Part shown: positions 19,187-30,525 of the stretch, piece after piece
Numbering within the stretch: the first letter of the stretch is position 1
How the letters are laid out: each line of letters opens with the position of its first letter
Assembly: GCA_963725665.1 (NCBI GenBank)
Contig: CAVRZA010000004.1
Coordinates: 416,001 to 480,000, forward strand
Direction of reading: 5' to 3'
Length of the DNA stretch: 64,000 nt
Origin: an uncultured Actinomycetes bacterium
Lineage (GTDB): Bacteria > Actinomycetota > Thermoleophilia > UBA2241
Program-made: the position numbers and the translations under genes
Notes under the pieces: model-generated
Seen by the model: only the letters and a program-made list of their open reading frames with translations
What the model was told of the DNA's origin: nothing
Databases searched by the model: none

Positions 19187-20411
19187 CTTCTTTGCCAGAC
19201 CCCGGCTCGGCGGCGGCACCGCGGTCACCCTGCTTCCGGTCAGGCTCTCGATCGCCTGGTCGGCCGGACTCATCTTCGGTCCGAAGACCGCTTCCGCGGT
19301 CATCGTTGTGGGAGTGTGAGAGCTCCACGTGACGCATGATCGCGGTGCGGTCGACGAAGCCGATCAGACGGTCGCCGTGCATGACCGCTACGCGGTCGAC
19401 GTGGTTCTCACCCATCAGCCGTACGGCCTCGGTGACCGGCGTATCCGGGCGCACGCGGACGATGTCCGTCCACGGCGTCATGACCTCACGGACACGGTCG
19501 TCGCCCCACGCCGCGCGTCTGCTGCGCTGCAGGTCGTCGAGGCAGACGACGCCGGCGACGCTCTCCAAGCCGTCCTGCACGGGAAAGCAGCGGCCGCCTC
19601 TCCAGAAGTAGCGCTCGACGGCGGCCTCGAGGGTGATCTCGGGCGGGATGCTCGCGCCGGGCGCCGACATGATGCGCCCGGCGCTCACGCCCTCCAGGGC
19701 GCGTGACTGCACCGACTGCGCGTAGCTCGCCTGCGAGGCCTGTGTGAGCACCCAGCCGATGAAGCCGGTCCACAGGCCGGCCGCGGGGCTCGAGAAGAAC
19801 ATCACGATCCCGCCGGCGATGAGGACGTAGCCGAAGACGTGTCCCGTGCGCGCCGCCCAGCGGGTCGCCTTGACGAAGTCGTGCATGCGCGCCCACAGGA
19901 GCGCGCGCAGCACGCGCCCACCGTCGAGCGGAAACCCCGGCAGCAGATTGAAGACGGCCAGGAGGAGGTTCATCCACCCCAGGTAGACGACGACTGCCGC
20001 GACGGCTTCGGGCAGCGTCGCGAGCGCCGCCGCCGCGAGGCAGACGCCGGCGATGGCGAGGCTCGAGAGCGGGCCGATCGCGGCCATGAACGCCTCGCGG
20101 CCCGGCGACCTCGGCTCCTCCTCGAGGGCGGAGACGCCGCCGAGCAGGAAGAGGGTGATGTGCCTCACGCGGATCCCCTGCGACTGCGCGACGACCGAGT
20201 GGGCCAGCTCGTGCACGACCACCGAGGCGAAGAGGAGCAGCGCCGCGACGACGCTCACAACGTAGGTAGTGGGGGTGCTCCACCAGGGGTAGAGGGCGGG
20301 GAAGACGCTGACGGCCAGCGAGACCGCGACGACGAACAGGATGACGAACCAGCTCACGTGCACGTACACGTCGATGCCGAAGAGACGGGCGATGCGGAGA
20401 CTCGTCTTCAT
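19173..20411 (-). CDS. Site-2 protease (M50) with CBS domains
   Basis: HELAH, FNLLPGFPLDGG, C-terminal CBS pair; ATG at 20411. Confidence 0.92.
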   Translation of the reverse strand: MKTSLRIARLFGIDVYVHVSWFVILFVVAVSLAVSVFPALYPWWSTPTTYVVSVVAALLLFASVVVHELAHSVVAQSQGIRVRHITLFLLGGVSALEEEPRSPGREAFMAAIGPLSSLAIAGVCLAAAALATLPEAVAAVVVYLGWMNLLLAVFNLLPGFPLDGGRVLRALLWARMHDFVKATRWAARTGHVFGYVLIAGGIVMFFSSPAAGLWTGFIGWVLTQASQASYAQSVQSRALEGVSAGRIMSAPGASIPPEITLEAAVERYFWRGGRCFPVQDGLESVAGVVCLDDLQRSRRAAWGDDRVREVMTPWTDIVRVRPDTPVTEAVRLMGENHVDRVAVMHGDRLIGFVDRTAIMRHVELSHSHNDDRGSGLRTEDESGRPGDREPDRKQGDRGAAAEPGSGKEANAA

Positions 20412-20505
20412 CCTGTCGCTCCCGTGAAGCGCCCGGACCGGCGACACCGGTCGTGAAAGCACCACTACTCTTCCCGTGGCCGACCTGGCGGTAACGAGCC
20501 GCGGG

Positions 20506-21842
20506 CTAGGACGAGGATGCGGCGTCGACCGGCGACACGCCGGAGGAGTGGACGATCGTGCCGATGCCGTCGCTCACGACGAGGACGCGCGGCGGGCGAC
20601 CCAGGCGTCGCGCCGTGTCGTCGAGCGCTCGCTCGACGGAGGGGAAGGCGACGAGGCCGAGGCGTCCCGCACAGCGCTTCGTCGGCCGGCTGCAGCACGC
20701 CCACGCGGCAACGCACAAGGACCTTGGCCATCATGTAGGCGCGCTGGCCGCCGGGGCCGAGCGGCTCGCCGCGCCGACCGCGTTCGAGCAGCGTCTCGGG
20801 CCGCTCGGCCCCGGCCATCAGCGCGCCGAAGTTGGCTTCGCCGGGCCCGTCGCCGACACCCTTCTCGACACTGGCGCAGAGCAGGATGAGACCCTCGTCG
20901 GCGACCGGCGAGCGGTCGCCCAGCGCGAGGTAGGTCGCCGCCCGCGTCGCGTGGTAGAGGCTCTCGTTCTTGGGCGCCGGCAGGCCGGCGACGACGAGGT
21001 CGTAGCGGCCCTGCACGGTGCGCAGCCAGGCGTCGCGCTGGCCGCCGGCGAGCGCTGCCTGCGCCGCGCTGGGCTCGCCGGCGGCCAGCGCGACCGCGTG
21101 TCCCTGCGCGTCGACCACGACGTCGAAGGCGAAGCGCAGCGACGTCATCGCCGCGAGCTCTCGAACGACCTCCTGGAAGGGATTGCCCGCGAGCCGTCCG
21201 AGCTCGACGCCGGGCTGGTCGAGAAAGCGCGGATCGTGCGTCCAGGCGATGGTGCGCGCACCGGCGCAGCCGATGGCGACCGTCTTGGCGCCGCCCGAGA
21301 AGCCGGCGTAGAGGTGGGGCTCAACGATGCCCACGGCGACGACGAGGTCGGCACGCGCGAGCTGCAGGTTCATGAACGCCGGTGCGCGGTGGCGCGTCTG
21401 GTTCAGGAAGACGTTGACCTGCCGCAGGCCTTGCGCATCGGTCACCGTGACCCGGCTCGACGCCGCGCCTCCGGCCAGCAGCGACCTTCTCCTCGGTGGT
21501 CGTCGCCCGGTGCACGCCGCAGGCCACCATCACCTGCACCTGATCGTCGGTCACGCCGGCGGCGTTCAGCTCGTCGAGGAGCGCCGGGAGCAGGAGGAAG
21601 GTCGGGCAGGGCCGGCTCCCATCGGGGATGGCGATGACGACCCGTCGGGCGCCGCGGGCCAGCTCGCGCAGGCGAGGCGAGTCGACGGGATGGGCCAGGG
21701 CGTCGGCGATGGCGGCGTGAATCTCCGGCAGCTGGGTGAGGTGAGGAGCGGGCTCGACGTCGAGCGTCGCGGCGCGTGCGGCCAGGCGCTCGACGTCGAG
21801 CGCGATACGCCGCGGTCCGTTGAGCACCCACGCGTCGGCCAT
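20506..21842 (-). CDS. larA: Lactate racemase (LarA) domain protein, two frameshifts (about 21480 and 20680)
   Basis: IPDGSRP, ACGVHR, VEPHLYAGFSGGAK, NPF motifs spread over three frames. Confidence 0.75.
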
Positions 21843-21935
21843 CCTCGCCTCTCCTCTAGCTCCCCCTCCTGGGCGGGGGGTCGCCTTGTGCTCGTGGGGG
21901 TTGGCGCCGTAGAGCGGCAGCCACCAAGGCCAAGT

Positions 21936-22148
21936 TCACCAGGGCCACCGGCCGGAGGGCATCTTGGGCGGGTACCAGAGGGCGCACACGATCATCAGGA
22001 CCGGGCCGACGATGGGTGCGATTGCGGCGAGGAAGCCGACGAAGAGCCAGTTGAGGAGCGAGCGCCCCGTCTTCTTGGCCACGCGGGAGCCGAGGTACAG
22101 GCAGAGCACCAGCTGTACCGCGAAGACGGTGAGCCAGATCACTCCCAT
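21936..22148 (-). CDS. Small membrane protein
   Basis: 70 aa, two hydrophobic segments, RBS overlapping the upstream stop region. Confidence 0.6.
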   Translation of the reverse strand: MGVIWLTVFAVQLVLCLYLGSRVAKKTGRSLLNWLFVGFLAAIAPIVGPVLMIVCALWYPPKMPSGRWPW

Positions 22149-22158
22149 GGCCTTCCCC

Positions 22159-24336
22159 TCACGTCGACGTGTCCGCGGGCGCGTCGGCGCGCTCGTAGCG
22201 CGCGAGAAGGGCCGCGACGGCCGCGCGCAGCGCGGCCGTCGCGGCCGGCGGCACGAGCGGCACCGCCTCGCCGCCGAAGGGCAGCAAGTGCGCCACCAGC
22301 CAGTGCTCGCCGACGTAGGGTTGGGCGGCCACGCAGGACCCGTCGGGCAGCGCCTCGACCGGCTGACGTTCCTCGATCCAGCGCCGCACGGTCTGAGCGT
22401 ACCAGACCGCCGCCGTACGCGAGGCGTACCGTTCGCTGCCTGGGATGCCCTCGCGGCGGTAGAGGTCGAGCTCCATGTCGGCGCGCGGCGGGAAACGCTC
22501 CTCGAGCACGCGGACGCTCTTCGTCGTGGCCACCCGGAACGTGCGCCGGCCTTCCGAAGTGCGGCAGTAGCTGACGTAGTACCACTCGCCGCGGCTGCGC
22601 ACGAGCAGATACGGCTCGACGACTCGCCTTGTGCTGCGCCCGGTGCCCTCCGACCAGTACTCTATCTGGAGCAGACGCCGCTTGCGGATGGCGTCGTTGA
22701 CCGCGTCGAGCACCCCCTCCTCGAGGGGAAGGGCGTCGGCGGTGCCCAGCGCGGGCGACGTGGCGCTGCGCGCGGCGGCCAGCTTGGCGGCCGCCGCGCG
22801 CAGCGCCGCTCCATGTTTCACCGGGAGCTGGCCGCCGACGAGCTCCACGGCCAACAGCAGGACGTCGGCCTGCAGCGGCGAGAGGCGCGCGGGGTTGGCG
22901 AACGCGGGCCCGGCGAGGTCGCAGGTGACGTGCAGCCGGCCGCGCTCGAACTCGGCGTAGACGATGGCGCCGTCGCCGCCGAAGTTGACCAGGTTGAGCA
23001 GGCGCACGTCGGCCTTGAGGTCGTCGAGCGGGACCTCGAGATCGGCCGCCACGCGGGCGGGGTCGAGGTCGCCCTCCTCGCCCTCGCGGCACGAGCGCAG
23101 GAGGTAGGTGAGCAGCGTCGAGAGGCGCGTGAAGCGGTCGGCCTCGACGTGCCAGTCGCCACCCTCGCCGGCGGCCCGGGCACGGTCCATGCTTCGAGGT
23201 CCGCTGGCGCCGGTCTTCGCTCCGCCGCCCTCGCCTGCAGCGGCGCCGGCGGCGAGCCGCAAGGCCGCCTCGAGTCGCGCTTCGTCGACGGCCGGCGGCG
23301 CGTCGAGGCGCCGGCCCAGGAGGTGCAACTGAGCCACCAGCAGTGAGCGCAGCTCGGCCGGCGCCTCGAGCTCGGCGGCCTCGCCGAGGCCCAGCACCCA
23401 ATTGACGAGTTGCGGGCCGGAGCTGTACGCGGTCGCGAAGCGCACCGCCCCGTCGGGCAGACGCTCGAGGGCGCCGTTGCCGGCGAAGTGAGCCTCCACC
23501 CACCAGGCCATGTCGCCGTCGATGCGCACCTTGGCCTCGCCTCGCACACCGCCGAGCTGCCAAGGAGCGCGGTCGAGGTAGTCGGCCAGCTCGAAGCGCG
23601 ACGGCGGCGCGAAGTCGTGCGGCGCGCGCGTCGCGTGCCGCACGCGCGAGCGGATGCGCGAGAGGCGAAAGGTGCGCACCGCCTCACGCAGGTGGCACCA
23701 CGCCAGCAGGTACCATTCGTCGCCGACCAGCAGCAGACTGTAGGGGTCGACGGTCCGTGTCAACGTCTCGTCGCGCTCGATGGCGTAGTAGTCGAAGACG
23801 ACCGTCTTACGCTCGCCTACGGCGGCCTCGAGCTTGGGGAGCAGGGAGGAGGCGGGCGCGCCGCCGCCCGCGACGACCGCGAGCGGCGGCGCGCCCGCCT
23901 CGGCCAGCAACTCCGGACGCCCGTGCGCGAGGCTCAACAGGGCGAGGCGCAGCGGCTGCGAGAAGGCGAAGCGGTCCTGGAGCACGAAGAGGCAGGCCGC
24001 CAGGGCGGATATCTCGTCGTCTGTGAGGTCGATGGGCGGCAGGTGGTAGCTCGAGGGGTGCAGCGAGTAGGCTTCGGTGCCGGCCTCGTCGTCGAAGTCG
24101 CGCCTGATCTCGATGCCTAGCTCGGCGAGCTCCGCGCGGTCCTCGTGGAAGCGGCGCTTGAAGGCCTCGTCGGTCATCAGCGGGTAGCCCTCGACGCGCT
24201 CGCGGACCTGCTGCGCCGTGGCCGGCTGCCCGCGGCGGCAGAGCAGGAAGGCCACGAGCGAGAGACGCCGGATCAGCTTGTCGGCGTCGCGCGAGAAGCC
24301 TTTCTCGCGGGGAGCTCTGCGGGGAGGTTCGCTCAT
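22159..24336 (-). CDS. pafBC: Fused PafBC-type HTH-WYL-WCX transcriptional activator
   Basis: AFKRRFHEDRAELAELGI (PafB HTH), RTVDPY...WYLLAWC...RTFRLSRI, second module RVVEPY...WYYVSYC...RTFRV. Confidence 0.85.
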   Translation of the reverse strand: MSEPPRRAPREKGFSRDADKLIRRLSLVAFLLCRRGQPATAQQVRERVEGYPLMTDEAFKRRFHEDRAELAELGIEIRRDFDDEAGTEAYSLHPSSYHLPPIDLTDDEISALAACLFVLQDRFAFSQPLRLALLSLAHGRPELLAEAGAPPLAVVAGGGAPASSLLPKLEAAVGERKTVVFDYYAIERDETLTRTVDPYSLLLVGDEWYLLAWCHLREAVRTFRLSRIRSRVRHATRAPHDFAPPSRFELADYLDRAPWQLGGVRGEAKVRIDGDMAWWVEAHFAGNGALERLPDGAVRFATAYSSGPQLVNWVLGLGEAAELEAPAELRSLLVAQLHLLGRRLDAPPAVDEARLEAALRLAAGAAAGEGGGAKTGASGPRSMDRARAAGEGGDWHVEADRFTRLSTLLTYLLRSCREGEEGDLDPARVAADLEVPLDDLKADVRLLNLVNFGGDGAIVYAEFERGRLHVTCDLAGPAFANPARLSPLQADVLLLAVELVGGQLPVKHGAALRAAAAKLAAARSATSPALGTADALPLEEGVLDAVNDAIRKRRLLQIEYWSEGTGRSTRRVVEPYLLVRSRGEWYYVSYCRTSEGRRTFRVATTKSVRVLEERFPPRADMELDLYRREGIPGSERYASRTAAVWYAQTVRRWIEERQPVEALPDGSCVAAQPYVGEHWLVAHLLPFGGEAVPLVPPAATAALRAAVAALLARYERADAPADTST

Positions 24337-24514
24337 CGTCCCGATGGTACCGAAAAAGCGCGCAGGCGGGCCAGTGGCGCGCCCGCGCGCATCAGTCCAC
24401 GTCGGCCGATGTGTGCTCGTCACGCCTGCGCAAGGAGGGCGGCGGCGCGCAAGAGCGCGCCGCCGCCCCTGGCGTCAAGCAAGCGGCGCGGACAGCGAAG
24501 ACCGGCTCGGTGTC

Positions 24515-25573
24515 TCAGGACGTCGCCTTGCCGACGCACCGTTTCGTCACGAAGGGCGAGGTGACTGCCCTGACGAGCGCTTCGTAGTCGACGGCGAACG
24601 AGACTTCGTCGCCGGTCGCCAGGGGCTCGGGAACGGCGAGGACGGCGACGTCGCTCGTCATGCCGGCGATGTAGGCGCCCTCCAAAAGGGGCCGCATGCC
24701 GTGGGGCTCGCAGTCCCGTCTGCCCACGTAGAGAAGGGCGTACCAGGCGTCCTGCTGAGGCAGCCGCACGTCGGGCTCGCGACCGAAGGCGTCGCGTCCC
24801 ATGAGGCCCCCGGGAGCAGGCGGCTTGCGGAAGCACTCGAGGACGGTCGCGGTGAGTACGGGGTCGCGCGGCTCGAGGCCCTCGATCGGAGAGGCCGAGA
24901 CGATGTCCCAGCCGTGGAAGAGCGCCACGCCACAGCGCAGCTCGGTGCGAAAGCGCGGCCGGTAGCCGTCGACGTACTGCAGACAGCAGGTTCCCCCCAG
25001 CGAGAGGAGTGGCTCGGCGGCACAGGAGTCCGCCAGCGCCGCGAGGACCCCCTCGGCGCGCGCGAAGAGCTCGTGGCTGGGGAGCTGTCCCGAGAGGCAG
25101 GCGAAGTTGACGGCGACGCCGGCGAGGCTCACTCCGGAGAGCCGGCCGAGCTCGGCGGCGACCGCCGCGGCGTGCTCGGGGAGCACGCCTTCACGGCGGT
25201 CGCCTAGGTCGACCGTGAGCAGGACCTCGATGGGGTCACCGGGCGCGCGCTCGCCAAGTGCGCGCGCGATCTCAGGCCGGCTCAGGTGCACGCGGTCGGC
25301 GATCTGCGCCACCGTCTCGACCTCGTCTGGTTGCGGGGCGCGGATGAACGCGAGCGGGCCGAGCGCCCGCGCGGCGAGCCGGGTCATGGCCGGCAGGCGC
25401 GAGTCGGCGAGGCCGGTACAGCCGCCCTCGAGGAGCGCCTGCCCGATGGCCGGCTCGCCGTCGACTGCCTTGGTGACGCCCACGAGCTCGAGGCCGCTTG
25501 CTCGCAGGCGCCCGGAGAGAGCGCGCGCGTTGGCGCGCACGACGTCGAGGTCGATGGTGAGCGTCGGGTTCAT
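24515..25573 (-). CDS. Alanine/ornithine racemase family PLP enzyme
   Basis: LTIDL, GVTKA (PLP Lys), LADSRL, DLGDRREG, NFACLSG, SLGGT. Confidence 0.85.
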   Translation of the reverse strand: MNPTLTIDLDVVRANARALSGRLRASGLELVGVTKAVDGEPAIGQALLEGGCTGLADSRLPAMTRLAARALGPLAFIRAPQPDEVETVAQIADRVHLSRPEIARALGERAPGDPIEVLLTVDLGDRREGVLPEHAAAVAAELGRLSGVSLAGVAVNFACLSGQLPSHELFARAEGVLAALADSCAAEPLLSLGGTCCLQYVDGYRPRFRTELRCGVALFHGWDIVSASPIEGLEPRDPVLTATVLECFRKPPAPGGLMGRDAFGREPDVRLPQQDAWYALLYVGRRDCEPHGMRPLLEGAYIAGMTSDVAVLAVPEPLATGDEVSFAVDYEALVRAVTSPFVTKRCVGKATS

Positions 25574-25766
25574 ACGGCTTTCCTTTCTCATCGGCGCTCG
25601 CGTCCGTGCCTCGGCCACGGACTCCGGCAGTATACCGGAGCACTATGGCGGCGTTTCACGCCTGCGAGGGAGCCTTATACTCGTAAGGCCGTCGCGACAG
25701 TAGCGAGGGCAGGGCACGAGGATGGCCCGACGGTGCGGCCGATGATCACCGAGAGAGGGAGCGCGC

Positions 25767-27170
25767 ATGGAGCTCGAGCGCAGTCTTGAAGTCCGTGACG
25801 GTCACCTGCTGATGGATGGTGTCGACGTCGTCGCGCTGGCGAGTCAGCTCGAGACGCCGTTCTTCCTCTACTCCGAGCGGCAGTTGCGCTGGAACATCGA
25901 GGGGCTGCGCAACGCCTTCACGCGCCGCCATCTCGACACGGAGATCTTCTTCGCCAGCAAGGCGTGTTCGAACCTGTGGTTCCTGGACCAGGTGCGGCGT
26001 TGCGGCATCAGCGTCGAGGTGAACTCGGCTGGGGAGCTCTGGAAGGCGCTGAAAGCGGGGTTCACGCCCGACCAGATCGTCTTCAACGGCGTCGCCAAGA
26101 CACGCTCTGAGATAAGCCAGGCAATCGAGCACGAGATCCGCGCCATCGTGGTCGACTCCCTCAATGAGCTGGAGCGCATCGCCGACGTGGCGCGCGAGCG
26201 CCGCAAGCCGGCGAGGGTCAGCCTGCGGGTGGATGTCGAGGTCGAGACGCTCACCCACCCCGAGATCCAGACGTCGCACGGCGCCAAGGCCGGCATCGAC
26301 ATCGACGACGCACACGACGCGTTCGGGTTCGCCGCCGCGCACGAGCTCCTCGATCTAAGGGGCATGCACATGCACATCGGGTCGCAGATCACCGGCGTCG
26401 AGCCCTACGTGCAGGCGATGGAGACGGCGCTCGATCTCATCGACCGTGTCGAGCGAAGCTTCGAGACAAACCTCGAACATGTCGACGCCGGTGGCGGGTT
26501 CGCCATCCCCTACCGCAACGAGCCCGTGTGCGATCCTCAGGACTACCTCTGCTCGCGACGCACGGCGGACGACTACGCCGAGGCGATCTGTGGGGTGCTG
26601 GAACGGCGGCGCCCCGATCTGCGGCTCTTCCTCGAGCCGGGCAGATCGGTCGCCGCCAGCGCCGCCCTGCTCGTGACACGCATCGAGAACGAGAAGACCA
26701 AGGGCTTGCGCGACGGCAGTGGGCGCCGGGTGGGCACGGACCGCTGGCTGACGATCGATGCCGGTTTCAACGTGCTCCTGGACCACGTCTCGGTCGACTG
26801 GTACTTCCCCGCTCTCGTGGCCAACAAGGCCGGCGAGGAGCACACGGCGCAGTTCCGCCTTGCGGGTCCGCTCTGTGACGGGGGTGACGTGGTGCCGGGA
26901 GAGCCGGGCACCCCGTACCGGCTGCTGCCGGCCGACACTACGGTCGGGGACCTGGTGGCGCTGCTGAACGTGGGCGCTTACACGCTCGAGACCATGTTCC
27001 CGTACAACGCGCGCCCGAGGGCGGCGGCCTACGCGGTCACCGGCAAAGAGGTGGTCCAGATCCGCGAGCAGGATTCGTTCAGCGACATGGTGGCCCACGA
27101 CCGGCCGCTGCCGCCGCAGGCCGGCGCGTCGGGGTCGGGCAAGGCCTCGGACGGGCGGCCGAGCGGCTAG
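25767..27170 (+). CDS. lysA: Diaminopimelate decarboxylase family
   Basis: TPFFLY, FASKA, FNGVAKT, HMHIGSQI, GGGF, EPGRS, GPLCDGGD, GAY. Confidence 0.85.
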   Translation: MELERSLEVRDGHLLMDGVDVVALASQLETPFFLYSERQLRWNIEGLRNAFTRRHLDTEIFFASKACSNLWFLDQVRRCGISVEVNSAGELWKALKAGFTPDQIVFNGVAKTRSEISQAIEHEIRAIVVDSLNELERIADVARERRKPARVSLRVDVEVETLTHPEIQTSHGAKAGIDIDDAHDAFGFAAAHELLDLRGMHMHIGSQITGVEPYVQAMETALDLIDRVERSFETNLEHVDAGGGFAIPYRNEPVCDPQDYLCSRRTADDYAEAICGVLERRRPDLRLFLEPGRSVAASAALLVTRIENEKTKGLRDGSGRRVGTDRWLTIDAGFNVLLDHVSVDWYFPALVANKAGEEHTAQFRLAGPLCDGGDVVPGEPGTPYRLLPADTTVGDLVALLNVGAYTLETMFPYNARPRAAAYAVTGKEVVQIREQDSFSDMVAHDRPLPPQAGASGSGKASDGRPSG

Positions 27171-27181
27171 AGATGGCGCGG

Positions 27182-28292
27182 TCAGCCTAGGACGAAGTCG
27201 GCCAGCTGCTCGACCACGGGCAGCTCGACAGATCGCAAGCAGTAGTCCTCGGTCTGCTTCAGGCTGACGCGCGGCAGGTGTGCGTTGTGCGGCGCCAGCC
27301 GGTGGGCGCCCTGGGGGCGGGTGGCGTCGAGCCCGTGCAGCCGGGCGCGCCGTGCGAGCTCGGCGGCGGCGCCGGGCGACGGGGTGAGGACCGGAAGCAC
27401 GTCGTAGCTCGGCTCGGCGCCGGGCAGGTAGCCCGGGGGGAAGGCGAACGTGGCCTTCCCTGACGAGCGCTCACGGAGGCTCTCGACGATCGTCCGTCGT
27501 TCGGCGATGCGTTGTCGCAGGCGTCTCGATGCTGCGCACCCCCGCTGCGGCCGCCGCCTCGTTGATGCGGTAGCCGTTGCCGAGGATGGTCTCGACGTCG
27601 TGCTCGAAGATCTCGTCGCCGGGCGCCGCGGCCGTCGAGCGCAGTCCCTCGATCCGGCCGCGCACTGCGTCGTCGGCGCAGGCCACCAGACCGCCGCCGT
27701 CGGGCGTGCGCTGGAGCGCGAAGGCGCCCGTGACCCCGAACGAGCCGACCGGACGACCAGCGAGGCGGGCGCCGAGGGCGTCCCAGCAGACCTCGATCAG
27801 GGCCAGGCCGCGCTCGTCGGCGAGCTCGGCGAGTGCCTCTGCGGGCGCCGGGTGGCCGGCCGTGTGGTAGACGATGATCGCCCGGGTGGCGCGGCTCAAG
27901 CGGCGAGCCACGTCGTGCGGGTCGAGGACCGGGGTCTCGGGGGCGACGATGTCGGCGAAGACGGGCCTGCCTCCCGCGAAGAGCACGAGGTTCGCCAGCG
28001 GAGGAGGCACGAGCGCCGGCAGGACGACCTCGTCGCCAAGGGCGAGGTCGAGAGCGAGCAGCGCCAGATGGGCCGCGGCGACGCCGCCGGCGACGGGAAC
28101 GACCTCGCGTTGCAGCAGCTCCGCGCCGCGTCGCGCCAGCTCCCGGGCCTCGCGTCCCTGTGTGAGCCAGCCCGACTTGAGGGCTTCATTCGTGCTCTCG
28201 TCGAGGCCGTCGAGCCTCTCGCCGGGACGCCGTGGGAAGGGGATCACGTTCTCCCCGCCGCGTGGCCGGTCCTCACTCCGGGTCTCGGTCAT
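27182..28292 (-). CDS. Degenerate DegT/DnrJ aminotransferase-fold protein (frameshifted near 27500-27400)
   Basis: SGWLTQG, AHLALLAL, GDEVVLP, PVFADI, G-GYR; PLP-binding motifs altered. Confidence 0.6.
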
Positions 28293-28537
28293 GCTGGCCT
28301 TGCGCCTCCGGCTCTCGCGTCCTGGCCGCGTCGGCTCCGTAGGTGGTCACGCATGCGGGAGCGGCGCGGCGCGGCCCGGAGGGCCGCGCCGCGCCGCCCA
28401 GGCCTGCTAGCGCCTGGATACCCGGAATCGGGGCAAAGGCCACCTGTCGCCCGTAGGCGTCGGTCGGCCACGCGGGCGGACCGGCGGGCTCAACAGGCTC
28501 GGCGGGCGAGCGAGGGCGCGCCGCTCGTGCGGCGCTT

Positions 28538-29738
28538 TCAGTAGATGATGATCTGCTGGCGAGTGTGCGCGAACCGGTAGTGTGTCGCGCTCGTGCCGAG
28601 CTTCCAGTAGACGTGGTAGTGGTCGGTCGTGTGGGCGTCGACCACCTTCTGCCCGCTGGAGTTGGTGCCGGCGAGCTCGGCGACGTGGTCCCAGGTGCCG
28701 TCGCCGGTCCAGTCGTAGTAGACGAAGTCGCCTCTGGCGCAGTCGCCGATCGAGCTCACGACGTCGGTGTAGCGGGCGTTCCAGAACTGCATCTGGGGGA
28801 TCACGGCGATCCAACTGTGGCTCCAGGTGTCGTCGCCGGGCGAGGAGGTGCTCTGCTTGTCGTACCACCAGCCCTGCTCGTAGGCGCCGGGGACCTTTGG
28901 GAAGCCGCCGGCGAACATGGTCTGGGAGCCGAAGTTGGCGCAGTCGGCGGAGAAGGCGAAGTAGGTGGGGTTGTACGAGAGGGCGTACTTGTCGGCGTAG
29001 GCCTTCGCCGCGTCGCGGTCGTAGTAGAGGATGGCGCGGTAGCCGAGGCGCGTCTTCGGGACGATACCGGGGCCTCTGTCGGGCCCGGAGCCTGTGGGAT
29101 AGAGGGGCGGGATCTCCTGCGCCGGGCGCCGCCGGGCCGGCGGACAGGCCGGCCGGGGCTCGAGCCGAGACGGCGAAGGCGCGGCTCCTGGCTTCGCTGC
29201 GGGCCGCCGCGGCGCGGACGGCCGTCTGCGGCGCCCCTCCGGCCTCGAGGTAGCGTGGCGCGAGGTCGTCGAAGTACGCGTCGCCGGCGACGAGCCACCG
29301 GCCGGCGACGAGCCGCAGGGCGATGGTGTGATCGAGCCCGGTGGCCTCACGGTCGCGGCTGCCGTCGGCGGTCGTCCATGTGACGGTGGTCACGGCGTGC
29401 GCTTTGACCGTGGCGCTGCGCCCGTCGGGCGCCAGCGTGACGGCGCCGACTGCGACTCGGCACTCGCTGGTCGTGAGCGTCTGGCTGAGCGCGGCGTGTC
29501 CGCGGCGCACTCCGCGGGCGATGAGCTGCTCGCTGGCGAGCTGACGCCAGCCGGGCAGGCAGAGACCGCGCAGACCCGCGCCGCCGGCGAGGCAGGCCGC
29601 GGCTCGCGCACGCAGGTAGGCGGCGGCGGCGTCACCGGGCGAGCCCGGTGACGCCGCCGCCTCAGGAACGTGCGCGAGCGCAAGGACGGCGAGCAGCGAC
29701 AACACGGCCGCCGCTCGCGGCAGGGAGGAGTGATGCAT
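28538..29738 (-). CDS. Secreted putative amidase domain (Amidase_6-like) protein, frameshift near 29130
   Basis: Signal peptide; YDRDAAKAYADKY, DCANFGSQ, GDFVYYDW, DH, DAHT. Confidence 0.8.
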
Positions 29739-29759
29739 GGGTGACCCCTTTCGCTAGGG

Positions 29760-30326
29760 TTACGGGCTCGTCGAGACGGCTGCGATCAGCCACTCCCCCG
29801 TTGTCACCCTCCTCGTGAGCGTGAAGAAGACGTCGTTGATGCCGTCGGTCAGTGGGCTGCGCCAGGTGACGGTGGCCGTGAATCCGACCAGTAGCGTCAC
29901 CTCGTCGTCGGCCGGCCCACCCCAGGCCTGAGCCGATTCGAAACCCATGCGTCGCACGGCGTGCAGTTCGCGCAGCGGCCAGACCGCCGGCCCCGTGAGC
30001 AGCCGTCGCGCGGCCGCGTAGCGATGCTGGTCGACGAGATGGCAGAACCGCCGCACGACGGCCGTGGCCGCGAGGACGCGTGCCCCGGCCGACAGCGCTG
30101 TGGCGCTGGCGCGGACCGCTGGGCTGAGGGTCTGCGGTGGAGACCCGGCGGCGCTCGCTGCGGCGGAAGCTCCGGTGAAGCCTTGCGGCGACCCCGCACC
30201 GCTAGAGCCGCAGCCGCCCGTCACCACCCAGACAATGGGCGTCGAGGTGACGAGCATGAGGCTGAGCGCGATGCGGCTGATGCGGAGCAGGCCGGCGGGA
30301 GCAGCCGGCGCGGGGCGGCGGTCCAT
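29760..30326 (-). CDS. Hypothetical exported/lipoprotein
   Basis: Hydrophobic N-terminus ending GGC, Ser/Ala linker, C-terminal W-I-AVSTSP. Confidence 0.55.
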   Translation of the reverse strand: MDRRPAPAAPAGLLRISRIALSLMLVTSTPIVWVVTGGCGSSGAGSPQGFTGASAAASAAGSPPQTLSPAVRASATALSAGARVLAATAVVRRFCHLVDQHRYAAARRLLTGPAVWPLRELHAVRRMGFESAQAWGGPADDEVTLLVGFTATVTWRSPLTDGINDVFFTLTRRVTTGEWLIAAVSTSP

Positions 30327-30525
30327 GGGTCTGAGTGTGCGCCGCCGTCGGGAGAAGTGCGAGATGACGATCGGCTGTGGAGGGTGACGTTCGACCGCGA
30401 CGCGACCGCACGCCGGTCGCCGCCGCTCCCGAAGGCGTCGCCTGTCTTCAGCGCGTCGCCCGTGGCAGAATCAGTCTCAGTGGATCCGTCCTCGCCGAAC
30501 CTCCCGCCGACCGGTGAGCCGCCGA

